Below, in pieces: positions 50,750 to 63,300 of a stretch of DNA of 64,000 bases; position 1 is the stretch's first letter; each line of letters opens with the position of its first letter. Made by a program: the position numbers and the translations under genes. Source of the stretch: Octopus sinensis. Its lineage: Eukaryota. The stretch is taken from assembly GCF_006345805.1 (NCBI RefSeq), contig NC_043016.1, positions 18,352,001-18,416,000 on the forward strand. Reading direction: 5' to 3'. A model generated the notes under the pieces. That model did no database searches. It was not told the DNA's origin and worked only from the letters and a program-made list of their open reading frames with translations.

Positions 50750-50951
50750 CAAACATATATATATATATATATAGTGTTGTGTGTGGTGTGTGTGGTGTGT
50801 GTGTGTGTGTGGTGTGTGTGTGTATGTGTGTGTGTGTGTGTAAAAGTGTGACCATATATCAACATGTAAGTAAATGTACGTGTGACCTCGTGCGAATGTG
50901 AGTATAAGTGTACACTTCCGCAATCTAAATATGTGTGTCTATGTGCATATA

Positions 50952-50992
<41 letters not shown>

Positions 50993-51174
50993 TATATATA
51001 TTATATATATTATATATATATACACATACACATATGTAAATATATATACATACATATATATGATATATACATACTTATATATATATATATATATATAATA
51101 TATATGTAGTATGTATGTATATATATATGTAAGTATGTATGTATATATATATGTATGTATGTGTAGTATATATA

Positions 51175-51215
<41 letters not shown>

Positions 51216-51225
51216 ACATACTTAC

Positions 51226-51256
<31 letters not shown>

Positions 51257-51317
51257 CATACTTACATATATGTATATATATACATACATATTTACATATA
51301 TATATATACATACTTAC

Positions 51318-51374
<57 letters not shown>

Positions 51375-51390
51375 CGTATGTATGTATGTA
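50750..51390. repeat. (TA)n/(TG)n/(TACA)n low complexity
   Basis: Direct repeats. Confidence 0.93.
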
Positions 51391-51929
51391 TAGCTGATAT
51401 TTTGTCAACATCGGAGATACAGAAGAGCTGTTGTATTCGATTTCTTCCAATATTTGCTTATATATCCAAGACACATTTTATCATTTGCACTTGACTCTTT
51501 CAGTTTCCATTTTTTCTCTTTCTTTTTTTTTTTCACTTTCCTTCTTCATTCTCCTACAAGCTGCAAACAATCAATCAATATATGTTAATAGTATCGATAT
51601 TGTGATCCATATATGGCATGTGGAATGAAACCTGCTGTGTTTTTAACCAAATTTCATAAATAGGAACCGAAAATATGGGTCTAGTTTGCAACGAAAGTCA
51701 ATCGATAACGGTTTGTTTGTTTTCTTTATTTTTGTTGTTGTTTTTTGTTTGCTTTTTTTATGCTTTTTTCTTCTTTTATCCGGAAAGTGTAACAAATCAG
51801 TAAGCCTTCTTGTAACCAAAGACAATTCCAATTCCAATTCAACATGATTGGTTTTTGGGTTTTTTTTTTTTTTCTCTTTAGATAACCTGACGGTTAAGAC
51901 TAGGTTTCTGTTTTGAAATGTCACTATTT

Positions 51930-51931
51930 AT

Positions 51932-51968
<37 letters not shown>

Positions 51969-51970
51969 CC

Positions 51971-52002
<32 letters not shown>

Positions 52003-52057
52003 CATCACCATCATCATCACCACTACCATCACCACCATCACCACCACCACCACCACC

Positions 52058-52091
<34 letters not shown>

Positions 52092-52104
52092 TCACCACCA
52101 TCAC

Positions 52105-52149
<45 letters not shown>

Positions 52150-52664
52150 TATTATCATTATATCATCATCATCTCATCATCATCATCATCATCATTATTA
52201 TCATTATTATCATTATTATCATTATTATCATTCATTATCATCATTATTATCATCATTATCATTATCATTATTTATTATCATCATTATCATTATTATATTA
52301 TTATATTATCATCATTATTATTATTATTATATTATTATTATTATTATTATTATTATCATCATTATCATTATCATTATTATTATTATCATCATTATCATTA
52401 TTATATTATTATTATTATCATATTATTATTATTATTATTATTATTATTATCATCATTATCATCATTATTATCATCATTATCATTATCATTATTATTATTA
52501 CCATCATTATCATTATTATATTATTATTATTATCATATTATTATTATTATTATTATATATTTATTATTATCATCATTATCATTATCATTATTATTATTAT
52601 CATCATTATCATTATCATTATTATTATTATCATCATTATCATTATTATTAGTAGTATTATATTA

Positions 52665-52710
<46 letters not shown>

Positions 52711-52778
52711 CATCATTATCATTATTATTATTATTATTATATTATTTTTATTATATTATTATTATTATTATTATTATT

Positions 52779-52809
<31 letters not shown>

Positions 52810-52865
52810 TATCATTATCATTATCATCATCATCATCATTATTATTATTATTATTATTATTATTA
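51930..52865. repeat. ~935-bp trinucleotide array grading (CAT)n-(CAC)n-(CAT)n-(TAT)n
   Basis: Direct repeats; source of poly-H/I/S/Y ORFs. Confidence 0.97.
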
Positions 52866-52867
52866 GT

Positions 52868-53080
52868 CACTTCTCCTGATTATCCGTGTCACGTTTCTGC
52901 TCCATCCCGTTGCTCCATCACGTAACACTTTCCCTCTGCACATGAGCAGCTGTTCCAAGAATTGCTACCGCCTGAATACTTCCTAATGAAGTTTGGTATT
53001 TGCTGCTTTTGAAGCCAAAATATCGCTCTCTTTGAGATGGTTCCAAGTTCTCTGATCACAATAGGTACCACACTCACTTT
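52868..53080 (-). mobile_element. R4/Dong-like LINE 3' end tailing into (TAA)n
   Basis: SVVPIVIRELGTI..VAILGTAAHV; ends actaataataat. Confidence 0.7.
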
Positions 53081-53249
53081 TGAGGTTCTATGGTGTTAGT
53101 TCTTATTGCCTTTCTTGTCCGTAGTCTTCCCAATATTCTAGTCTACATGTATTGTTACATCAACGCAGATCCATCCTTTGTACACTCCTTCGGGAGCAGA
53201 GTGATATCTGGCCGGTTATGTTGCAGCTTTTTTGTCTGTGTATATTTAT

Positions 53250-53465
53250 TTTTCACTACTGCCCACAAGGGGCTAAACACAGAGGGGACAAACGGATTAT
53301 GTCGATTACATCGACCCCAGTGCGTAACTGGTACTTAATTTATCGACCCCGAAAGAATGAAAGGCAAAGTCGACCTCGGCGGAATTTGAACTCAGAACGT
53401 AACGGCTGACGAAATACGGCTACGCATTTCGTCCGGCGTGCTAACGAGTCAGCCAGCTCGCCGCT
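53250..53465 (-). mobile_element. SINE family A
   Basis: Matches consensus. Confidence 0.9.
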
Positions 53466-53679
53466 GTGTATATTGGCATATCCCATACGAGGTTCAACTG
53501 ATCCTTGTCTGCTACTGGCAAACGTTTAAAGCTTGTATGGGGAATTCTTAAATTCTCAAAGCACCACCTCCACTTCCAGCAGTGTCGACAGAAATAATAA
53601 TAATAATAACAAGAGTAACAAAGGCAAGAAGCACGAAAGAATAGATGGTGGTAATGACAGTGCCTCTAACGTCACCACC

Positions 53680-53910
53680 TATTTCTTTACTGCCCACAAG
53701 GGGCTACACACAGAGGGGACAAACAAGGACAGACAAACGGATTAATTCGATTATATCGACCCCAGTGCGTAACTGGTACTTATTTAATCGACCACGAAAG
53801 GATGAAAGGCAAAGTTGACCTCGGCGGAATTTGAACTCAGAACGTAGCGGCAGACGAAAAACCGCTAAGCATTTCGCCCAGCGTGCTAACGATTCTGCCA
53901 GCACGCCGCC
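53680..53910 (-). mobile_element. SINE family A with 13-bp TSD
   Basis: taacgtcaccacc at 53667-53679 and 53911-53923. Confidence 0.93.
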
Positions 53911-53913
53911 TAA

Positions 53914-54410
53914 CGTCACCACCACCACCACCACCATCACCACCACCATCACCACCACCACCACCATCACCACCATCACCACCACCACCACCACCATCAC
54001 CACCATCACCACCACCACCACCACCACCACCACCACCACCACCACCAACACCAGCACCATCACCACCACCACCACCATCACCACCAGCACCATCACCACC
54101 CCACCACCACCACCACCAACACCAGCACCATCACCACCACCACCACCATCACCACCAGCACCATCACCACCACCACCAACACCACCACACATCACCACCA
54201 CCACCACCACCACCACCATCACCACCACCACCACCATCACCACCACCACCACCACCACCACCACCACCACCACCACCATCACCACCACCACCATCACCAC
54301 TACCACCATCACCACCACCACCACCATCACCACCACCACCACCACACCACATCCCCACCACCACCACCATCACCATCACCACCATCACCATAAACAACAA
54401 CAACAAGACT
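53914..54410. repeat. (CAC)n array
   Basis: Direct repeat; source of poly-T/P/V/G ORFs. Confidence 0.97.
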
Positions 54411-54760
54411 GCAATAAGCAATCACAGGAACAGAAACTATTACGACAATGATAAAGGAAAAAAACATCAGCAGTAGCAACAACGGACATTAACGAGAAAA
54501 CCATTGAAAAGGGGAACGACGCAAAACGAAATATTTAAGTGCAGCGACATAACACCTGGCAATTATACGAACATGGCGATCGTCACCAACACCACCAACA
54601 ACAACATTAATCAGTTGTAATAACGCTCTAGAAAGCAAAAACCAACTGTAAGCAGTTTGGTCGGAATTGTTCGGGCACAAGTACCTCTTTCTTAATCCTC
54701 CCGGGCTTTGAAAAGTACGAAACGTTTCCTATGCGGTTCTGAATAAACTGTAATCTTTAA

Positions 54761-54967
54761 CCCTTTAATGTTCACGTCATTCTGCTAAAATTAAGGCTTT
54801 TTTATCCATGTTGCTTTGAACTAATAATGCATTATCTTGTAGCTAGGAGATTTTGATGAGGTAGCCGTTAATTTTTAAAACGATATTGTAGCGTTGGTGT
54901 AAGAGACCAGATACGGCCAGTTTGAACATAAAACAGGCAGGATATGGCCGGTTTAAATGCTAAAGGG
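54761..54967. mobile_element. piggyBac-type MITE
   Basis: TTAA|CCCTTTA ... TAAAGGG|TTAA. Confidence 0.75.
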
Positions 54968-55105
54968 TTAAACACAATGTAAAAAGTTTAAGAAGACACA
55001 CAGGCAAAAAATAGGAGCATATATACGTGTTTATGACTGTAAACTAAAAAAAAAAAAAACAGGAACAAGTGAAGCAGATTGAAAAGTGTCGCACATTAAT
55101 ATATA

Positions 55106-55336
55106 TATTTCTTTACTACCCACAAGGGGCTAAACATAGAAGGGACAAACAAGGACATACATAGGTATTAAGTCGATTACATCGACCCCAGTGCGTAACT
55201 GGTACTTAATTTATCGACCCCGAAAGGATGAAAGGCAAAGTTGACGTCGGCGGAATTTGAACTAAGAACGTAACGGCAGACGAAATACGGCTACGCATTT
55301 CGCTCGGCGTGCTAACGATTCTGCCAGCTCGCCGCC
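55106..55336 (-). mobile_element. SINE family A with 16-bp TSD and 18-nt 5' extension
   Basis: cgcacattaatatata at 55090-55105 and 55355-55370. Confidence 0.92.
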
Positions 55337-56011
55337 TATATATAGGCAAGATTCCGCACATTAATATATAGGTTACCAAATCATAATGCGGAAGACGGAG
55401 AAAGTGAAGTACTGTAGTGAATAGATTTTCTCAGAGGACGCCTGGAATCAGTCTTTAACACATTTCAAGGATAAAGAAATGTCCCACGCATGGATTTATT
55501 GGTAAAAATAAAGATCGTCAACAAGCCACCATAAAAAATATCTGCTGGGTAGTAACGGCTCTTTTATTCGACATAGAAGTAAAAAAATATGTTGCAAGTT
55601 TACAGACTGTAGGAGAAACTTCGGTTGATACAGAGGGATGCAACTATTGATCGAAACAGATCAAGTTAGTATAGAGGCAATATCGAACCTGATTGATGTA
55701 CGAATTGGTTTGCAATTGTTTGTGGCTGTTGAAGGTAGAAATACATGACATGGGTGTCATTTATATGGAGGTACAAGTCATCTAAAGACTTTCCGTTAAG
55801 GCAAACGAGGAGAAAGGGAAAACCCATGTTGCACTCGGCACCATCCCTGCATCTGCAACAACACCAAGAACATAAGCAGCAGCACCGCCAGCGAAATCCT
55901 TGCAACCACAACAGACACAACAGCAATGAAAATGGCAACTGTTACATTAAATTTAGCAACCGCGAAAGCAGCAATAACGTCACCAGTAGCAAGAGTGATA
56001 AAAAAAAAAAT

Positions 56012-56415
56012 GCAGGAGTGGCTGTGTGGTAAGTAGCTTGCTAACCGACCACATGGTTCCGGGTAGAGTCCCACTGCGTGGCATCTTGGGCAAGTGTCTT
56101 CTGCTATAGCCCCGGGCCGACCAATGCCTTGTGAGTGGATTTGGTAGACGGAAACTGAAAGAAGCCTGTCGTATATATGTACATATATATATATGTGTGT
56201 GTGCGTGTATGTTTGTGTGTCTGTGTTTGTCCCCCTAGCATTGCTTGACAACCGATGCTGGTGTGTTTACGTCCCCGTTACTTAGCGGTTCGGCAAAAGA
56301 GACCGATAGAATAAGTACTGGGCTTACAAAAGAATAAGTCCCGGGGTCGAGTTGCTCGATTAAAGGCGGTGCTCCAGCATGGCCGCAGTCAAATGGCTGA
56401 AACAAGTAAATGAGA
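56012..56415 (+). mobile_element. SINE family B
   Basis: Full consensus. Confidence 0.93.
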
Positions 56416-58054
56416 ATGAGAATCGCCAACTCTGGGAGCAAAAGCAAGCGAAACAACAAAAGAGGCAGCACCCACAAGAGCTTCTACACTACTAACGAAT
56501 GTAGCAAAAAGTCTCAGAACAACTACAGAACAAAAGAACAAAACAACAGCAGAACTAAGACGTATTTCTTTTCACTTCGGGTTACGCAGACATGCCGTGT
56601 GGCGAAAGTGCCAAGGAAGAATTTGAATGGCAAAAGTGGACCAGTTGAATGAATATAGGAAAAACGTGCCAATATAAATACTAACAAACAATGATGCTCT
56701 GATACCAACTCCAACAACAATTACAATACCATCATTATCTTAATCATCATTACTACTACTGTCACACCACAGGCACCACCAACATTGTAAGCATTAGCAT
56801 AACCCAACCTACATCCGACCCCCCGACTCAACATGAAGAACACCCGCAAAGAAGCATCATACACAGCACAGCTATAAACACAAACAACAAAGAACTAATG
56901 AGCCACGTACATCAGCAACCACTCCACGATTTAATCACATTAACAAATAAACATCAACAGGAAAAATTCTAAAATTAACAAAAGAAATCGATAAACAACT
57001 GAATACAAAATATCTCTACGAAATGGAAGGTTTCTGGGGGTCCATAAACAAAAGAATGTGCGACAATTCAAAAGTGGAAACGTATGAACGGCGAAATACT
57101 TGCCTTTCCCTAACAATAAAATAAATAAATCTTTCTCATTTACCTTTCTTGGCCTAAGATAGCCTTACTTAGAATAGAATATATAAATGTACGTACCCAG
57201 AGTTGCCTTGGAAGCAGGTACACCGGTTCGACGACTTCAGGTAACTAGATATAGATGTAAAGGTAGGCAGCAGGACTACGGTTTTTTAGTTAGGAGCATT
57301 CACATCTATTTTCGTTGGCTACGACTTCAACTCGTCCGAGATCGAAAGCAGGAACTGTTGTGTTGTTTAGGAAATGACTGGATCTCATGATAAAGATAGT
57401 CTTCTTGAATCCATAAGGTATTTTTGTGGTACTAGGTGTAATCAGCAGTTAAAGTCATACTTTCAAACTGGAACGAGGTGATCAGATTACTTTAGGTGTC
57501 TGAGAATTCACTCGAAACGCCCTCCTCTTTAATGCCAGTGGAGGATTAGAACAGTATCTTATTTGCAAGCTCGTAAAAAGTGAGGTTAAACGATGGGAAA
57601 GTGAGAAGCAAAAGCCTCTCAAATATGTACACATGTTTCCAACAGTGTAACAGGTAGCATCTGAATTACCCGAATTTGCAGATATGGACATGGACAAACT
57701 GTAAGGCGTTCTCCAAATCATAGCATAAATCATGTATACCTGCAGCTAAAGGTAGTATATGTTTTCATAATTCAAATTTGTTAAGTACACAGACTGTAAA
57801 TTGATATACACGGTCGACTTAGACAGACTTTGATGGGAAGGACTCGATTACTGGAAACTGAACGCGTCGTTCCCGGCGCACCAAACTTACAGACAGCGGA
57901 TAAGAGATTTGGGTAAGCATGAGTTATCGTTGATAATTCTCCATAATAAGAGGTGGTTCGCCGTAAAAACTGAATCGCCTAAAGTAGAAGCGATTAGGTT
58001 TAGTAATAAAGCTGTGGTGCAGACAATCTGCATAAAAGGAAGCCTTATGAGGAA

Positions 58055-58289
58055 AAGGCGGTGAGCTGGCAGAAACGTTAGCACGCCGGGCGAAATGCTT
58101 GGCCGTATTTCGTCTGCCGTTACGTTCTGAGTTCAAATTCCGCCGAGGTCGACTTTGCTTTTCATCTTTTCGGGGTCGATAAATTAAGTACCAGTTACGC
58201 ACTGGGGTCGACGTAATCAACTTAATCCGTTTGTCTGTCCTTGTTTGTCCTCTCTGTGTTTAGCCCATTGCGGGTAGTAAAGAAATATA
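58055..58289 (+). mobile_element. SINE family A with 14-bp TSD
   Basis: agccttatgaggaa at 58041-58054 and 58290-58303. Confidence 0.94.
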
Positions 58290-60077
58290 AGCCTTATGAG
58301 GAAGCACTAAGTATCACAACCAATACGCTTGCGGCGAGAGTGGCCATTCACCAATTCAATGCGAAACACAAAGGCCTCAATGCCACACCCAAAGTTACGT
58401 GTTCTCAGAGAGTAAAGAACGAAAACCTTTCGACGGGTCGAATGGCAGACGCGTGCATCGTGGAAACAAAACTAATTTTCGGTTATTTGCGAGCTATATT
58501 TTGCACGTTGCCTAATCATGTGCTGGTTCTTAGCGGTACTTTGTTTAAATGTTCGAGAAAAGTGGCGGGCTGGACCGCATGACGAACTTCATTAGCTACC
58601 TTTCGGCAAGGAAAGTAAAGTGTCGCGAAAGGATGATAACAAATTGCAGAAATATAGGACGAGAGGCTTAGTTACACATGGGAAACAGATCGTCTGGTTT
58701 GGCTCGTTTTCCCTACAGGCTTTATATATGCCAAACGTCTCTGGCGTTCTCTTGGCATTTACCTACCACAGCAAACTAGGAATCATGAAGCAACTGCATT
58801 GGTAAAAACAACCCTTACGAGGAGAACTCTATCAATAATTTAGGGCGTATAATTCTACTAAACGCAATCACCAATACTTTGCATCCGTTCTGCCGACAGC
58901 CGGTTTCAGTCCTGCTTTCCACTGTTGGATTGCCACCATATACAATGACATTCTGCTGCAGGGTTACGATAAAAGGCTCTCTACTGGAACCATTTAACCA
59001 TTAAGCATCAATCCCTCAAGGTGGTTCCACATCATTTCATAACTCATAAATCACTGTTACAGAAAATAGAGACAGTGTAGGGCATCCTTCAAGAATATCT
59101 ACATTAGCATGTGCAGACACCGTGACCGTCGTAGCGTTGGATACCAGATAATATCGAGGTGGTCAATAGTGCTCTAAAGAATGATGGTAACATAAGTAAA
59201 AATCAAGCAAGAATATAAGCAGGCCTAGAGTGACAGGACTACGCCGTCTAACCTGTCGTAAGGCACTGGACGGATGCACTGATTAAATTGCTCGGGATCC
59301 GGTTCGGTCCAGATTTCCAAATGAATAAGAACTGGGGTGAGAAGATAAGAAAGATAGACAATTCCACCCGGAAATGAACCAAGTGAGAACTATCCCTAAA
59401 AAGACGATTGGAAGTGGCAAACACTTCTATTGAATTTGTTATATATTAGCGCCTGACTGTAATTCCTTATCCCAGTTTATTCCTAGTTCACACCCGACCA
59501 GACCGAAGCATCTGCTTTTCTGTTCTTTGTAGCAGACACACGTTCCACATACCACTTGCTGTCAACACGCGCTGAGAGGATGACTTGGTATACTGTATTT
59601 GAAATACAAATGCACTAAAGCTGCGATATTTTGAAACATTCCTTGACTGTGAATGGTCGCCGTTTGTAAAGTGCATTTTCCTCCAGCTGCAATTCTAGGT
59701 CAAGCAAAGATCGAGACAGCGCTTGGCTTCTAAAATTCTTCAAGCGCCTTCAGCTCTCTAGTAGTCATGCAATGACTACTAGTGGATTAGTGATAGGTGT
59801 AGAGATGATATTCTCGAGGAAAATCTGGATAGCAATAAAAATTAACTGGTAGTTCTGTTCCCAAGGATTTTCGGCCCTGAGCCCACAGATAATTTCTAGA
59901 AATCCACGTGATGTTACCGAAGGACAATACTGGTTCGAGAGGACAAACGTGCTGTCGGTCGAGCCTGTCTGAGATGTACGCAGAGCGACGAAACTGATCT
60001 ACACATAGTCGTCTAATGTCTATTCAACAAGATATACCTATATAGCAAGACACAAACATACATAAACACACATATGC

Positions 60078-60168
<91 letters not shown>

Positions 60169-60339
60169 TTGGATTTCTTTTCTGTATTGCCAATTATACA
60201 TAGAATTTTCAGCACATTCATACATACAAAATGCGACCGTCTGAGTATTTGAAAGCCTAAGTTTATGACACTTATAGTTCTCCTCAACTAAATTCTATAA
60301 TTTGCAACGAAGTTTTTACAGTATATTTATACGTCGCTT

Positions 60340-60725
60340 AAAGCGGCGAACTGGGAGAAACGTTAGCACGCCGGGCGAAATGCGTAGCCGTATTTCGTCT
60401 GCCGTTACGTTCTGAGTTCAAATTCCGCCGAGGTCGACTTCGCCTTTCATCCTTTCGGGGTCGATAAATTAAGTACCAGTTACGCACTGGAGTCAATGTA
60501 ATCGCCTTAATCCCTTTGTCTGTCCTTGTTTGTCCTCTCTGTGTTTAGCCCCTTGTGGGTAGTAAAGAAATAGATATTTCGTCTGTCTTTAAGTTCTCTG
60601 TTCATATGCCACCGAGGTCTACTTTGTCTTTCATACCTTTCGGAGTCTATAAAATAAGTACCAGTTGAACACTGGTGTCGAAATAATGATTTCTCCCATC
60701 CTCTAAAACTCCCAGAATTTGAAAT
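60340..60725 (+). mobile_element. SINE family A plus degenerate second monomer
   Basis: Matches consensus. Confidence 0.88.
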
Positions 60726-60926
60726 CGTATATTATACACATTGCTTGATAACGTGATTTTGTGTGTGTGTGTGTTTCGAAGAGGGCAACGTAAAAAGAGG
60801 GGTTTTCTCCTATGCTAAAGTTCAATTTGGAATAATTTGTATGAATAATGTGTAAAATAAACAGATACGTTGATATAATAAGGGTCATTAATACTTATAT
60901 ATGAGTGACACACTGTCTCCTTTAAC

Positions 60927-61050
60927 TCGGTGGTTCTCAACCGGGGTTCATGTCACCTTTGGGTGTCCGTATAAGAATTTGCTGTTAAAATCTATCTGCA
61001 ATAAATTGATCATGCTTCTACAATACACAAAATAGTTTTGAATAGTTTTT
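60927..61050 (+). mobile_element. Probable hAT MITE left end
   Basis: cggtggttctcaacc resembles the CAGTGGTT(C/T)TCAA TIR; right TIR not found. Confidence 0.35.
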
Positions 61051-61051
61051 T

Positions 61052-61422
61052 GTGAGGTAAGTAGCTTGCTTGCCAACCACATAGTTCTAGGTTCAGTCCC
61101 ACTGCGTGGCACCTTGGGCAAGTGTCTTCTACTATAGCCTCGAGCCGACCAAAGCTTTGTGAATGGATTTGTTAGACGGAAACTGAAAGAAGTCTGTCGT
61201 GCATTTTGTGTGTGTGTGTTTGTGTGTCTGTGTTTGTGTCCCCCCACCATGGCTTGACAACCGATGCTGGTGTGTTTACGTTCCCGTATCTTAGCGGTTC
61301 AGCAAAAGTGACCGGTGGAATAACTACTAGGCTTACAAAGGGTAAGTCCTTGGGTCGATTTGTTCGACCAAAGGTGGTGCTCCAGCATGGCCTCAATCAA
61401 ACGACTGAAACAAGTAAAAGAA
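61052..61422 (+). mobile_element. SINE family B
   Basis: Matches consensus, head eroded. Confidence 0.88.
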
Positions 61423-62004
61423 TACCTTATTTAAAGGGGTTAAAGCTAACGGCAGTAAAGGAAGAATTTCTACTCATGTAAGAGCCCAAAACCCAAAGTT
61501 TGCAATAGAATCGATTCCGATAAAATACACCCTGGGACAAAATGGTAATGGAAAACCTGGTGTATAATCAATCTATTGTACATATATCCACTTCGCAAAC
61601 TTGTATGGTAGAGATCGAACAAAAATCTATAACGTAAATTATTTTGACAGCAAGTGTGACAGAAATGGTTGAGAAAGTCGGAGTAAATGTTTTGAATTGT
61701 TTGGTCTTATCCATTTGGTATTCAGGTTTTAAATTCCAAAGAGGAGGCTTTATCTATAATCGATAAAATAAGCAAAACTAATATGATTGGTTTCACTCGG
61801 TCGACGATGCAACCAGTTATCAAAATTCGGCATTGTGTCTGCTGTAAAGAAATCAATATTTTTACAAAATCATAATCATGGCGGGTGGTTTTTGGACGAA
61901 TTTATTGGTGATTCGACGAAATCTCTCCTTCTCTCTCTCTCTCACCCTCTCACTTTCTTTTGCACTGTCTTTTTCACTCTCTCACTCATTTGATCAATCA
62001 ATCA

Positions 62005-62040
<36 letters not shown>

Positions 62041-62210
62041 ATCTCTCTCTCTCTCTCTTTATCTCTCTCTCTCTCTCTATTTATCTTTCTCTTAGTTCCT
62101 ATTTCAAATAAAACTAGTTTCTGTACTCAGATCGATAAATGTAGTAAGAAAATTTGGCCATATGCCTCGAACAAATGAATACAGTTATATTTTAATATAT
62201 ACATATATAT

Positions 62211-62279
<69 letters not shown>

Positions 62280-62394
62280 CAGACATATACACATCCACAC
62301 ACACGTACATGCATACACACGTATACATATATATGTATGTGTGTGTATGTATGAGAGTGTGTGTATATGTATGAGAGGTGTGTATTTGTGTATG

Positions 62395-62925
62395 CGAGTG
62401 GCCTAGTGGCTAGGGTGTTGCACTCACGGTAGAAGGATCGTAGTGGCGAACTGGTAGAACCGTTAGCACGCCGGGCGAAATGCTTAGCGGTATTTCGTCT
62501 GCCGTTACGTTCTGAGTTCAAACTCCGCCGAGGTCGACTTTGCCCTTCATCCTTTCGGGGTTGATACATTAAGTACCAATTACGCACTGGGGTCGATGTA
62601 ATCGACTTAATCCGTTTGTCTTTCCTTGTTTGTCCTCTCTGTGTTTAGCCCCTTGTGGGTAGTAAAGAAATAGATAGAAAAATCGTAGTTTTGATTCCCA
62701 AACCAACGGTACATTGCGTTCTTGAGCAAAACGCTTCATTCCATGTTGCACCAGTATATTCAGTTGTAAAACGGGTAACCTTGCCATGGGCTGGATTTCC
62801 GTTCAGGGTAAATGTTGGCCTGTCCACGTAGGTAGCGATGTGACCATTAATGTGCATTCGAAAGCTGCAGCAATGCGAGGAAGCGCATCATGACCAGTAA
62901 TATCCGGTAGTCTGGTTGACGCTTT
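62395..62925 (+). mobile_element. Older tRNA-headed SINE (V-domain-like) split by SINE A (62444-62674)
   Basis: gagtggcctagtggctagggtg head; TSD tagaaggatcgtag / tagaaaaatcgtag; gccatgggctggatttccgttcaggg. Confidence 0.6.
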
Positions 62926-63087
62926 GATATATATATATATATATTTATTTATTTATTTATTATTTATTTATTTATTTGAGTGTGCGTGTGTGGGGGTGGG
63001 GGTGTTGTCCTTCAAATGCTGACAGGTAACTTTTGAAAAGGAACGTAAATCGTCTTGAGTACTCTTTTACCGCAGCTAGCTGTCAAA

Positions 63088-63129
<42 letters not shown>

Positions 63130-63144
63130 TATATAGTTAATCCA

Positions 63145-63300
63145 AACAAGAAAGCACAAAAAACACAACAACGTGAGGACGTGGAATAAATATGGTATTA
63201 TTGGACGCTCAGGAAAGAAGGAAAGAAGGAGGGTTTAACGTTTCGAGCAGAGCTCTTCGTCGGAAACATAGGAGATGGAAAGATCCAGGAAGACAGAGGA
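63145..63300 (-). mobile_element. Penelope-like terminal repeat remnant with minimal hammerhead-like motif (63233-63267)
   Basis: gttt-CCGACGA-A-GAGC tct GCTC-GAA-ACGT-T-aaac. Confidence 0.55.

Larger units (their letters stand above)
55390..60050 (+). mobile_element. Near full-length, heavily decayed Tx1/L1-like LINE (ORF1 knuckle, APE, RT, C-terminal Zn finger) with two SINE insertions
   Basis: VAVEGR..CHLYGGTSHLKT; GTVVLFRK*LD, GIFVVLGV, WTWTN, YWKLNASF; IKLLGIRFGPDFQMNKNW, LSLKRRLEVA; CLRCTQSDETDLH. Confidence 0.82.

Noticed and set aside
51913-54476. Poly-His/Ser/Thr/Pro/Val ORFs of 200-335 aa
   Set aside because: Translations of (CAT)n, (TAT)n and (CAC)n microsatellites
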